The position numbers and the translations under genes are program-made. A stretch of DNA of 63,897 nucleotides, counting the filler, from Octopus bimaculoides (taxonomy: Eukaryota): the NCBI RefSeq assembly GCF_001194135.2. It is 5 parts of 5 records of this genome, joined end to end, with 100 filler letters (N's around TTAATTAATTAA, not from the genome) between each part and the next. Parts side by side here need not be neighbours in the genome. Positions count along the whole stretch, not along the records: positions 28,480 to 44,921 come from NC_069004.1; positions 45,022 to 59,680 come from NC_068999.1; 3 more parts are not named here. One strand, given 5' to 3'. The notes below the pieces were generated by a model. That model ran no database searches. It was not told where the DNA came from and was given only the letters and a program-made list of their open reading frames with translations. This document shows, piece after piece, positions 37,007 through 49,471 of the stretch (its first letter is position 1; each line of letters begins with the position of its first letter).

Positions 37007-37077
37007 CAATTCCACTTTCTTGGAGTCTGTCCACAGTTCCCTAACACAGTATTTGCTTCGCATTGAGAATCCACTGG
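37007..37077 (-). CDS. putative internal exon, same minus-strand gene
   Basis: Donor TTG|GTAAGC; frame SGFSMRSKYCVRELWTDSKKVEL ends in phase 0. Acceptor at 37077 or, in another frame, 37091 (ATTTCCATCTCAG). Confidence 0.5.
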
Positions 37078-37567
37078 CTGTGACTTAGTCACTGAGATGG
37101 AAATTATTGTCAGGAGATTCGACAAGACAGGGAGTGGTGGTGAGGGTGTGGTGGGGCGAGCAGGTTGGTGAGAGTGGAGCAGGAAAATACTAAAGAAGAG
37201 GAATTGGTCTTCCTTTGAAATTAGCTTTGCTATAATTAGAACTACGGTTCCGTGCTTTTGTCCGTAATGAAATATTGGCTGGAATTCAACAAAGAACTCT
37301 CTATCTATCCATCTAATTTTATCTATTTATCTGCTTAGGTTTACATGTGTGTGTGTGTGTGTGTGTGTATGTGCACGCACACATATGCACAAATAGATAT
37401 ATACACACATCCACCCACACAATCTTTCATGTACCCATTTATATTCATCCATGCATTTAACTATCCATCCATCCATCCATCCATTCACTCTTTAGATTAT
37501 CTTTCATTATCTAAGTATGTGTACATTGTGTGTGTGTGTATATATATGTAAGTATACATGTGTATGC

Positions 37568-37614
<47 letters not shown>

Positions 37615-37829
37615 AGTATACATATGTGTAAGCATGTATATATATATACATACACACATACACATATGCATGCACGTATATATACTAGCAACAGAAAGGT
37701 CATTGAACCATAGAAAATCTACCTCAACAAATCCTATCTGACCCATGCAAGCATGGAAAAGCAGACACTTAAACAATGCCGATGAAATTTCTCCCCAATT
37801 TTCTCATTGCAATCACTCATTCAAACCGG

Positions 37830-37865
<36 letters not shown>

Positions 37866-38099
37866 CTAAGCACATTACAACACACCACCCTGATTACCCC
37901 TCCACACGTCCACCTCTCCCCCACTTTCCTATAAGATATACCTCTGATCTAATTTACTTTCAATAGACATTCCTCCAAACTCTACTTGATCGACTTGAGA
38001 GGCGGGGCAGGGCTACTATTTCACCTATCACTCTTTCTTTCCCCATACCTCTATCTATCTATCTATCCTTCTTTCTATCTATATCTATCTGTCTATCTG

Positions 38100-38130
<31 letters not shown>

Positions 38131-38441
38131 GTCTATGTATCTATATATGTATATCCATATTGTACCACTGCTAAAGTCATTGTATATATTTGTAGACTGT
38201 TATATATTCACATATTTGCCTTGTATAAAAGAGCAAGATGGATTACTATTTGATATTATTATTATTATATATATGCTTACAGATATTTGAGAACATATAT
38301 GTGTATTTATATATATATAGCCTATATTATTGATTCTGCTATCATTTTAAAATAGTCGTACTAGATAATAACAGAATTAATAATATCTTAGCAAATTAAT
38401 TTTTGGGGAATTATTTTTCCCGTGAATTGTTTGCCCTTGTA

Positions 38442-38487
<46 letters not shown>

Positions 38488-38541
38488 NNNNNNNNNNNNN
38501 NNNNNNNNNNNNNNNNNNNNNNNNNNNNNNNNNNNNNNNNN

Positions 38542-38597
<56 letters not shown>

Positions 38598-38984
38598 ATA
38601 GATTGTTATACATGTGTGTTTGTGTATGTTTCTATATAATATATATCTGGATACTCCTACACAAGACAATATGTGTGTGTATGAGAGTCTGTGTTTTCCA
38701 AAGAAATCCTCTGTGTATCCTTGTCTTTACCTACAAGTACACAATCCTTCTTTCCCTCCCATCCTCGTACTCCCACCACCGGCCCAACATTCGAATGTTA
38801 GAAACTTCATGCACATGACCTTGGTCAGCTAATAGCTGTTGCTTTGTCAAATATACAAACATAGAAAAGGCAGCCATTCCAATGTATGCATTTGTGTATA
38901 TGAGTGTCTTTTTTCTGTTTACTTCTGTCTGCATGTGAGAATGCATGCTTGTGTGTGTGTGTGTGTGTGTGTGTGTGCTTTCAG

Positions 38985-39235
38985 TACAGAGTCCAAGATT
39001 CAGCTCCATGAAGCAATAATGTCAAAACCACGGATTTATATACACCAAATTTCACTGTCATTGATACGTCATGGCCGTTCCATAGCCTGTGATAAAACTT
39101 ACCGAAAGCGGAACTAGCCTTCCTGATTCTGGAGTGAATTTCTTTATCCATCTTAGCATCACTGTACGTAATGGAACCAAAATAAGTATAGGAGGAAACA
39201 GCTTTTAATGCTTTCCCATCAACATATACAGCACA
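38985..39235 (-). mobile_element. RTE-clade LINE RT fragment
   Basis: VDGKALKAVSSYTYFGSI..DKEIHSRIRKASSAFGK..RLW..VYKSVVLTLLLHGAESWTLY. Confidence 0.9.
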
Positions 39236-39370
39236 TAGTGTATAAAATTGTACAAATAAGAGGAAATAAATTTTGAGGATGAACAAGTCGCCATGTTCTA
39301 TATCGTCCTAATTATTGCTAATATACACTCCCTACAATATTACTGTCCAGTGAAGAGAACATGGAATTAC

Positions 39371-39451
39371 CCATTGGAAGAATTTACAGAGTGATTGACA
39401 ACCAATCGTAGTCATAGGCATTAAATCCTGATTGATGCAATTAGCCATAAC
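39371..39451 (-). CDS. possible further exon of the minus-strand gene
   Basis: TATGTCCCAG|VMANCINQDLMPMTTIGCQSLCKFFQW|GTAATT; a stronger acceptor lies at 39485. Its phase does not join 37077 directly, so an intervening exon would be needed. Confidence 0.35.
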
Positions 39452-40865
39452 CTGGGACATAACTGAGAGCCACTACAGTATTCACCTGGATAAAAAATCC
39501 CCCAAAAGCACACACACATACATACATATTTATACATATATATATAAGTCAGTAAATAGTGGGGTTGTGTTAACCGCACGTGGAGAAATAATAGGAAAAT
39601 GAAAAATAATAATAAGGCAGAATGCTAAACTGGAAGCATATTTTAATAAAGATTTCTAACCGGCTTTCATTGTATAGCAAATTATCAAGAAGAGGGAGAA
39701 TGAAAATGTTTTTTTACAAAGAAGTACAAAATGAAGAAAATNNNNNNNNNNNNNNNNNNNNNNNNNNNNNNNNNNNNNNNNNNNNNNNNNNNNNNNNNNN
39801 NNNNNNNNNNNNNNNNNNNNNNNNNNNNNNNNNNNNNNNNNNNNNNNNNNNNNNNNNNNNNNNNNNNNNNNNNNNNNNNNNNNNNNNNNNNNNNNNNNNN
39901 NNNNNNNNNNNNNNNNNNNNNNNNNNNNNNNNNNNNNNNNNNNNNNNNNNNNNNNNNNNNNNNNNNNNNNNNNNNNNNNNNNNNNNNNNNNNNNNNNNNN
40001 NNNNNNNNNNNNNNNNNNNNNNNNNNNNNNNNNNNNNNNNNNNNNNNNNNNNNNNNNNNNNNNNNNNNNNNNNNNNNNNNNNNNNNNNNNNNNNNNNNNN
40101 NNNNNNNNNNNNNNNNNNNNNNNNNNNNNNNNNNNNNNNNNNNNNNNNNNNNNNNNNNNNNNNNNNNNNNNNNNNNNNNNNNNNNNNNNNNNNNNNNNNN
40201 NNNNNNNNNNNNNNNNNNNNNNNNNNNNNNNNNNNNNNNNNNNNNNNNNNNNNNNNNNNNNNNNNNNNNNNNNNNNNNNNNNNNNNNNNNNNNNNNNNNN
40301 NNNNNNNNNNNNNNNNNNNNNNNNNNNNNNNNNNNNNNNNNNNNNNNNNNNNNNNNNNNNNNNNNNNNNNNNNNNNNNNNNNNNNNNNNNNNNNNNNNNN
40401 NNNNNNNNNNNNNNNNNNNNNNNNNNNNNNNNNNNNNNNNNNNNNNNNNNNNNNNNNNNNNNNNNNNNNNNNNNNNNNNNNNNNNNNNNNNNNNNNNNNN
40501 NNNNNNNNNNNNNNNNNNNNNNNNNNNNNNNNNNNNNNNNNNNNNNNNNNNNNNNNNNNNNNNNNNNNNNNNNNNNNNNNNNNNNNNNNNNNNNNNNNNN
40601 NNNNNNNNNNNNNNNNNNNNNNNNNNNNNNNNNNNNNNNNNNAAAAACACCCTCCCATCCTTGTCTCCTTCCTCTCTTCTTTTCCTTCCTCTTTTTACCT
40701 ACGACAATAGAATCTTGCGCAAACAAGGAAATGTTTTGCTGTGAGAAAGGAAAAAAAAAAATATCCTCTTGCTTTTTTTATACAGGCATAATGTGTATTT
40801 ATTTTCACTCTACAATTGCTAGAAATGAATTCATATAATACGTAAATATATACATCTGTGCATAT

Positions 40866-40896
<31 letters not shown>

Positions 40897-41078
40897 TATA
40901 TACATACATATATACATACATATATATATACATATAATGTGTGTGTGTATACATATACTCTATATTGTCGATATAACATTGTATAATGAATATATATATA
41001 CAATATATATATATATATATATGCCTGTATTATATGATATACATATTTTATGTATTTATCACATAACCTGTATTCACA

Positions 41079-41123
<45 letters not shown>

Positions 41124-41236
41124 TACAATTATAGTGTATAGTGTATATATAACTATATATATATATGCATATAATATGCATATATATAATATATATATAT
41201 ATGCATATAAAATATAGTGTGTATATGTATATATAC

Positions 41237-41295
<59 letters not shown>

Positions 41296-41345
41296 TATAA
41301 AATATAGTGTGTATGTGTATGTATGTATATATGCACACACACACG

Positions 41346-41429
<84 letters not shown>

Positions 41430-41639
41430 TATATATATTTCCTGTATTTCTGTTTATGTATATATATTTGTAAATATTCCAATCTGTTGTTGCTGCATGA
41501 ATGTTACAATGTTTTTTGCTATCAACAATTATGAATTGATAATATGATTATGCATTTGTGCATGTACGTGGTGGGGCGATTGTGTATAAAGCGTATTGTG
41601 AGAGACGGCACTCACCACAAAGCACCTCACATTGCCAAC

Positions 41640-42350
41640 TGCATTGGTTCTCGCTATCATGATTGTTATCCTGTCTACCATCATCCTCATCACCAGCATT
41701 TTCTTCATCGTTATTTTAACTCAGTCCCCATTACCATTGTTGACACCATCTGCATCGCCACTGCTATCATCGTCATCGTCATTGTCATCATAGTCATCAT
41801 TCTCTGTATCATCTTCAACATCTGTTCCCAGCATCATTGCCATAACACAACACACCCTCAAGACCATTATTGATACTGCTGCCACTACCAGCACCAATGC
41901 CGCCACTACCAACACCACCACCACCATCATTGTCATCATCTTCATCACTATACCCATCCCCTCCACCAACACCACCACCACCATCATTGTCATCATCCAC
42001 CATCATCCCCAACACCACCACCACCACCACCNNNNNNNNNNNNNNNNNNNNNNNNNNNNNNNNNNNNNNNNNNNNNNNNNNNNNNNNNNNNNNNNNNNNN
42101 NNNNNNNNNNNNNNNNNNNNNNNNNNNNNNNNNNNNNNNNNNNNNNNNNNNNNNNNNNNNNNNNNNNNNNNNNNNNNNNNNNNNNNNNNNNNNNNNNNNN
42201 NNNNNNNNNNNNNNNNNNNNNNNNNNNNNNNNNNNNNNNNNNNNNNNNNNNNNNNNNNNNNNNNNNNNNNNNNNNNNNNNNNNNNNNNNNNNNNNNNNNN
42301 NNNNNNNNNNNNNNNNNNNNNNNNNACCAACACCACCACCACCATCACCA
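41640..42350. repeat. degenerate (CAT)n/(CAC)n trinucleotide tract with an internal gap
   Basis: Directly visible. Confidence 0.85.
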
Positions 42351-43202
42351 TGTTCCTGCAATGGTTTTCTCATGAGACATCCTAATGCTTTAAAAAAAAT
42401 AAGCATTTTACATATATTCCTTTTTTTCCTTTTTTTTTTTTTCTGTTGTCAATTCTATCTCACTTTCTGCAGCATCTGCTTGTTTTTAATGTTGTAAGTG
42501 CGATGTTGCTGCAATCAACTTGTCATTGCATCTGACATCGGAGATCTATCAGCTTTAAACTGTATTCTGAAATTTCCATTTCTTGTCATGAAGAGGCGTG
42601 TGATGGGAGTTCTAAATGTGAACCCAGAATGCAAAAAAGCTGGTGCAGTAGTTCCCACAAGGCATCCTATCTGTTGCTTTAACAATCCAGCTCCTTTTCT
42701 CACTTGAATTGCTCCTTTATCCACTGACAGCGAAAGGAGAATAAGCAAAGTTGAACCTGACGGGATTTGAATGCTGAATACTGACTGTAGAGGGAGAGCT
42801 AGGACAAACTGGCACTAATGATTTTTGGCGAACTGCTCCTTGTACCAGTTAATAAACCTTTTAGTGTTCAAATTCCTCTGTTAAATGTAACACTTATTGA
42901 TCCAGAGTAGTGTGAATTATCCTGCATCCACTTCTGGCTTTGAGATTTTCATGATGTGATAAATAGTTTTTAGAATGATATTGTAGGGTAAATATATGAC
43001 ACTGAATCTACCCAGTTTAAACCCTGTAGAAAATTTGGTCCTGATATGGGTAGTTTGAACGTTAAATGGTTAACACGTACCTATGTATGTGTCTAAAAGT
43101 CTAATCTCTTTGAGTTTAGAAAAAGTGTTTGCTTCTCAAAGAGCGACAGGTATTTTTCGTCATACAGTAATCCCTTGCCATATTGCGGTTCACCTCTCAC
43201 AC

Positions 43203-43650
43203 ACTCATTTGACTGTGGCCATGTTGGAGCACTGCCTTTAATCAAAAACAATTGACCCCCAGGACTTATTCTTTGTAAGCCTGGTACTTATTCTATCGGT
43301 CTCTTTTGCCGAACTGCTAAGTTACGGGGGATGTAAACGCACCAGCATCGGATGATTAAATAAGTACCAGTTATGCACTGGGGTTGATGTAATCGACTTA
43401 ATACTTTCCCCCGAATATGAAGCCTTGTGCTTTGCAGTAGAAAGAATTATTATCATTATTATTATTATTATTATTATCATTATTATTATTATTATTATTA
43501 TGTCTAAGATAAGACGGCAAGCAGGCGGGATCGTTAGTGCATCAAAAAATTACTATATTTAGCAGCATTGCCCAAGTATTTTATGTTGTGAGGTCAAATA
43601 TTGCTGAGGTCAACTTTGCTTTTTATCCCTTCAGGGGTCAGTAAGATAAA
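43203..43650. mobile_element. SINE fragments: family A 3' half (minus, 43203-43352) and family B pieces (plus, 43355-43445 and 43512-43650)
   Basis: Similarity to 48105-48503 and 2106-2340. Confidence 0.75.
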
Positions 43651-44209
43651 NNNNNNNNNNNNNNNNNNNNNNNNNNNNNNNNNNNNNNNNNNNNNNNNNN
43701 NNNNNNNNNNNNNNNNNNNNNNNNNNNNNNNNNNNNNNNNNNNNNNNNNNNNNNNNNNNNNNNNNNNNNNNNNNNNNNNNNNNNNNNNNNNNNNNNNNNN
43801 NNNNNNNNNNNNNNNNNNNNNNNNNNNNNNNNNNNNNNNNNNNNNNNNNNNNNNNNNNNNNNNNNNNNNNNNNNNNNNNNNNNNNNNNNNNNNNNNNNNN
43901 NNNNNNNNNNNNNNNNNNNNNNNNNNNNNNNNNNNNNNNNNNNNNNNNNNNNNNNNNNNNNNNNNNNNNNNNNNNNNNNNNNNNNNNNNNNNNNATTGAA
44001 CAGACTTTTAGCATATTTCATATTTTTAACTCTTAGAATGCAAAACTGGGAGAGGATGCCAACGGGTTGCTTAATTCTCATTGGATGAAGATAATGGCAA
44101 AGCACAATTTTTGAGGCTATTAATCATTCCATTTTTAGTGATTAATCCTTTTTATTTCATTCCACAAAGGCCATTCATGCATATATGCATAAACAGACAC
44201 GTAATACAC

Positions 44210-44255
<46 letters not shown>

Positions 44256-44469
44256 TACAAGTGTGATTGTGTGGTTAGCGGGTGCAGTTTCTAATATGGT
44301 ATCGGGTTTCATCCCTTTATGGCACCACAGGCAAATGTCACTTTTTATGACACCAGGCTTACCAATTGCTTTATGAGGAGATATGATACATGGAAACTAA
44401 ATGAATCCAGTCATGTGTGTGCCTTTCCATGCATCTGTGCATAAATATACATACATATGTACACATATC

Positions 44470-44471
44470 AC

Positions 44472-44503
<32 letters not shown>

Positions 44504-44845
44504 CTTAACATCCATTTTTCCATGCTGGCATGGGTTGGACGGTTCAACGGGTCTGGGAAGCCAGGAGGCTGCACCAGGTTCCAACCTGATCTGGCAGTGT
44601 TTCTACAGCTGGATGCCCTTCCTAACGCTAACCACTCCGAGAGTGTAGTGCATGCTTTTTTACATGCCACTAGTACAGGGGCCAGAGGGGGCTGGTATCA
44701 ACCACGATTGGATGGTGCCTTTTACATGTCACTGGCATGGAAGCCAGTCAAGGCAGCGCTGGCATCGGCCACGTTCGGGTGGTGCTTTTTACATGCCACC
44801 GGCACGAGGATCACAACTACAATTTCCATTTGATTGTGATTTGAA
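44470..44845 (-). mobile_element. SINE with RTE-type 3' tail and (ATG)n end
   Basis: Minus strand contains GGTTAGCGTTAGGAAGGGCATCCAG (RTE-like tail) and ends in (GAT)n; three internal copies of TGCTTTTTACATGCCAC. A related tail fragment lies at about 37697-37775. Confidence 0.7.
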
Positions 44846-44871
44846 TTGATTTTGATGTTGAAATACATACT

Positions 44872-44921
<50 letters not shown>

Positions 44922-45462
44922 NNNNNNNNNNNNNNNNNNNNNNNNNNNNNNNNNNNNNNNNNNNNTTAATTAATTAANNNNNNNNNNNNNNNNNNNNNNN
45001 NNNNNNNNNNNNNNNNNNNNNATATATATGTATATATGTATGAAATATATATATATTTGTGTGTAAGTATATGCATTTAAATACATATATACAGACACTA
45101 ACTGCATATAGATATATGTGCATGCGGGTACATACTTACACATGTATTTTTGTATGTATGTACCCGCTTTCAGACACTTTATATACCCGAACAAACAGAT
45201 ATTTCACTTTTCAAGCACTTTTGTGTTTCTTACACAAAGATGATATTATTTATAGACATTTGGTCACCTTCATACGTGTGTGTGTATGTATGTGTGTATG
45301 TATGTATATATGTACGTACGTATGTATGTATGTATGTATATGCATATATACACATATATATGCATACATATATACATATATATATATTATACATATACAT
45401 ATATATATATATATGTACATATATATATATTTACCTATCTTATCTATCTATCCATCAATTTG

Positions 45463-45531
<69 letters not shown>

Positions 45532-45704
45532 GTGTGTATACATACATATATATATGTATATGTATGTATATATATATATACATATATATATATACATTTA
45601 GTTGAAATTTATAGAAATTTATATGTACGCACAGAGACACATACACACACATATATCCATCAATCGTGTGTGTGTGTTTTTATATATATATATATATATA
45701 TGTA

Positions 45705-45855
45705 TGGTGTGTTTACGTCCCTGCAACTTAACAGTTTGAGTAAGAAAACCGATAGAGTAAGTACTACACTTTCAAAGAACAAATCCTGGGGTCGATTTCT
45801 TCTCCTAAAAGAGGTGTTCCAGCATGGCCACAGTCTGAAACAAGTAATAGAATAA
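45705..45855 (+). mobile_element. family-A SINE 3' half
   Basis: GGTGTGTTTACGTCCC...CCAGCATGGCCACAGTCTGAAACAAGT. Confidence 0.8.
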
Positions 45856-46310
45856 TAGAACATATATAAATATGTGTATGTATATATATGTATATATGTA
45901 AATATATATGTGTGTGTGTGTGTGTGTGTGTATACATATATATGTTTATATATGTATGTTTACACATACGGAAAGAGAGTGAGAGAGAATGCGTTAGAAA
46001 GATAGATAGACAGATACAAACGGGTATATTTATAGATACGTGAGCGTTTAGTTTTACATATATGTATACATATGCCAACAAACTTATATATGTCAATAAA
46101 TATGTGTGTATATATATGTAGGTAAGTATATATACTCGCATATATATATATATATATATATATTCACATGTAGACCTGCACATATTTATTCATATTTTCA
46201 TATTTATACGCGGTTGTATTTGCACCTATATACACAAACATAGCCATATACACACGCACGTATATATACATATACACATGCACACATATATATCTATAAA
46301 TATATGCATG

Positions 46311-46344
<34 letters not shown>

Positions 46345-46780
46345 TGTATATATATATATATATTTGTATTCTCATACATTCATATATATGTATGTATGTA
46401 TGTATGCACATATATATATATATATATATATATCCTTACATATGTATATATAGACACATACACACGCAGGCACACATACACACACACACACACAATGCAT
46501 ATATATANNNNNNNNNNNNNNNNNNNNNNNNNNNNNNNNNNNNNNNNNNNNNNNNNNNNNNNNNNNNNNNNNNNNNNNNNNNNNNNNNNNNNNNNNNNNN
46601 NNNNNNNNNNNNNNNNNNNNNNNNNNNNNNNNNNNNNNNNNNNNNNNNNNNNNNNNNNNNNNNNNNNNNNNNNNTATATATATGTATATATATATATATA
46701 TATATTCCATGGGTTCAATAGAAAAATATGACGAAAAATAACGGAAAATTAACAAAAAGAATAGGATAATAGACAAAAGC

Positions 46781-46815
<35 letters not shown>

Positions 46816-47257
46816 CACACATATGCATACATGCATACATACATACATACATACAGGTACCTTCGAAAAAAAATACCATATGCATGCCTAACTGTCTTTT
46901 ACTGTGTCCCGTTCTCGCTTACTCTCGTTTTCTCTCTCTCTCTTTCTCTTTCCATTCTTGTGCGCATGTGCAGTACATGTATGTATGTATGTGCACACAC
47001 ACAAACACACACATACATACACACACACAAACACACACACATACACGCACATATATATATATATATTCCTCTGAGTGTGTGTATATGTGTGTGTGTGTTT
47101 CTGTACGTGTATATATTTGTGTTCGTGTAGATGAATATTTGTGCTTGTATCCTTTAAGAATCAGAGAACCATTCTTTCGTCGTCTCTTCCATATTTCACA
47201 AAGCCCAAGATATATCACAACATTAGTCAAACTGATGCTAAGGAAAAGGTTCGGCAG

Positions 47258-47308
47258 GTCTATGGCAACAACTTATTTCAACCGGAAATTGCAGCAGCGA
47301 CCGGAAGT
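47258..47308. promoter_or_regulatory. candidate promoter: RFX X-box-like site plus two ETS sites
   Basis: Minus-strand GTTGCCATAGAC (47269-47258); ACCGGAAAT (47281-47289) and ACCGGAAGT (47300-47308) in a locally CpG-rich unique patch. Confidence 0.5.
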
Positions 47309-47751
47309 CAGCAGACAATATTCAGTTCGGGCTTGAGATAACATGACTCAGTTTTCTTTCTAGTATTTTTACTATACACTCTGGTTAGGAGTTTGCCAGT
47401 TTTATATATATATATATATATATNNNNNNNNNNNNNNNNNNNNNNNNNNNNNNNNNNNNNNNNNNNNNNNNNNNNNNNNNNNNNNNNNNNNNNNNNNNNN
47501 NNNNNNNNNNNNNNNNNNNNNNNNNNNNNNNNNNNNNNNNNNNNNNNNNNNNNNNNNNNNNNNNNNNNNNNNNNNNNNNNNNNNNNNNNNNNNNNNNNNN
47601 NNNNNNNNNNNNNNNNNNNNNNNNNNNNNNNNNNNNNNNNNNNNNNNNNNNNNNNNNNNNNNNNNNNNNNNNNNNNNNNNNNNNNNNNNNNNNNNNNNNN
47701 NNNNNNNNNNNNNNNNNNNNNNNNNNNNNNNNNNNNNNNNNNNNNNNNNNN

Positions 47752-47814
<63 letters not shown>

Positions 47815-48104
47815 TGTGCTTGCGTATAGTGTATTACTTGATTATTTAGTGGAATTTTCTGAAGATCAATTCCTTAAGAAGCAATTTTACTATACATTTT
47901 GGACTGTAGCATGGACAGTGATGAACTTCACGATGCCTTCTTTATTTTTGCTTATATATATTGTGATGAAAGCGAAACATTTCAAAAGTGATGCGTCGAA
48001 AATACTTAACATTACCAGGCAATTGAAAACATCATAATTAAAATAATAACTTTTGAAGATGAGTGGTTAAAAAGTATATAAAAATGAAATAAATATTACA
48101 TATA

Positions 48105-48274
48105 GGCGCAGGCATGGCTGTGTGGTAAGTAGCTCGCTTACCGACCACATAGTTCTGGGTTCCGTCCCACTGCAAGGCACCTTGGACAAGTGACTTTTAC
48201 TATAACCTCGGGCCGACCAAAGCCTTGTGAGTGGATTTAGTTGACGGAAACTGAAAGAAGCCCGTCGTATATGT

Positions 48275-48314
<40 letters not shown>

Positions 48315-48503
48315 TTGTCCCCCATCATCGCTTGATAACCAGTGTTGGTGTGTTTACGTCCCCGTAACTTAGCGGTTCTGCAAAAGAGACCTATAGAATA
48401 AGTACTAGGCTTAGAAAGAACAAGTCCTGGGGTCAATTTGTTCGACTAAAGGCGGTGCTCCAGAATGGCTGCAGTCGAATGACTAAAACAAGTAAAAGAA
48501 AAG
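48105..48503 (+). mobile_element. full-length family-A tRNA-derived SINE
   Basis: GGCGCAGGCATGGCTGTGTGGTAAG head, GGGTTCCGTCCC B-box-like motif, central (TG)n, tail GACTAAAACAAGTAAAAGAAAAGA. Confidence 0.9.
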
Positions 48504-48599
48504 AATACATTAGATAAAGGTTTGGTGATGCAAGCAAGGAAAATAGAACTCAAAATATAAGTGTATGGATATTGTTATTGATATTTAGAAGTTAAAGCA

Positions 48600-48765
48600 A
48601 CGAGCTGGCAGTATTGTTAACACGCCGGGCAAGCGCATGGCCGCATTTCGTTTGTCTTTACTTTCTGAGTTCTAATTCCGCCGAGGTCGACTTTGCTTTT
48701 CACCCTTTCGTAATCGATAAAATAAGTACCTGTTGAGCACTGGGGATTGATATAATAGACATACC
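48600..48765 (+). mobile_element. family-B SINE
   Basis: GAGCTGGCAG head, GAGTTCTAATTCCGCCGAGGTCGACTTTGC core. Confidence 0.8.
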
Positions 48766-48996
48766 CACACTTCTCAAACTAGTCTGAGAGGTGCCAACGC
48801 GCGAAAACTCTCGGCCCTTGCGTCATTCTGTTGCTTCTGGTAAATATAAACAGACTTATACACATTAGGTAAAAATAATAGAAATATAACATTTTCCTCG
48901 AGTTATTATGGGTTTAACATCACACACACAACGCGCTGAATGTATGTATAAATGTCTATATGTGTGTATGTATGTTTGTGTGTGTGTGTATGCGTG

Positions 48997-49432
48997 TCTT
49001 CCACCATCCTCTCTGCTCTCGTGTGACCTGTGGTCAGCTTTCTTTTCACTCCAGCCGCTGTGAAGGCAAGACGAACTACTAGCGTTCTACCTCAGATTTG
49101 CGTTTGGCCGTACGGCTTTTGAATGTTGTTTTCACTGTCCATTTTTTCCTGTCTTGGTTTGTGTTTGCCACCTTGGAATCCTCTGTGTAGTTGGTTGATC
49201 CACTACTCAGGAAGAGACTATTCTAGAGTACGTCCTGTCTGGTCTTCGAAACGTCTAGATAGAATAGAGACAGCTGATGAAGGGATATTCCAAGGGGCTT
49301 TCCGTTTTCCTGTGTTCGTTCCGTTGTCTGTAGTTTATTGTTCTAACGTCCTGTACCCTGATATGCATGTATATACACATGTAGATGTAAGTATGTACAT
49401 ATATGTGTGTATACATGTATATATATTCTTTG

Positions 49433-49471
<39 letters not shown>

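Noticed and set aside
42515-42820. About 100-codon minus-strand frame with splice-like sites, a possible upstream exon of the nested gene
   Set aside because: Several frames and boundaries are equally plausible, with no recognisable homology or unique phase solution.
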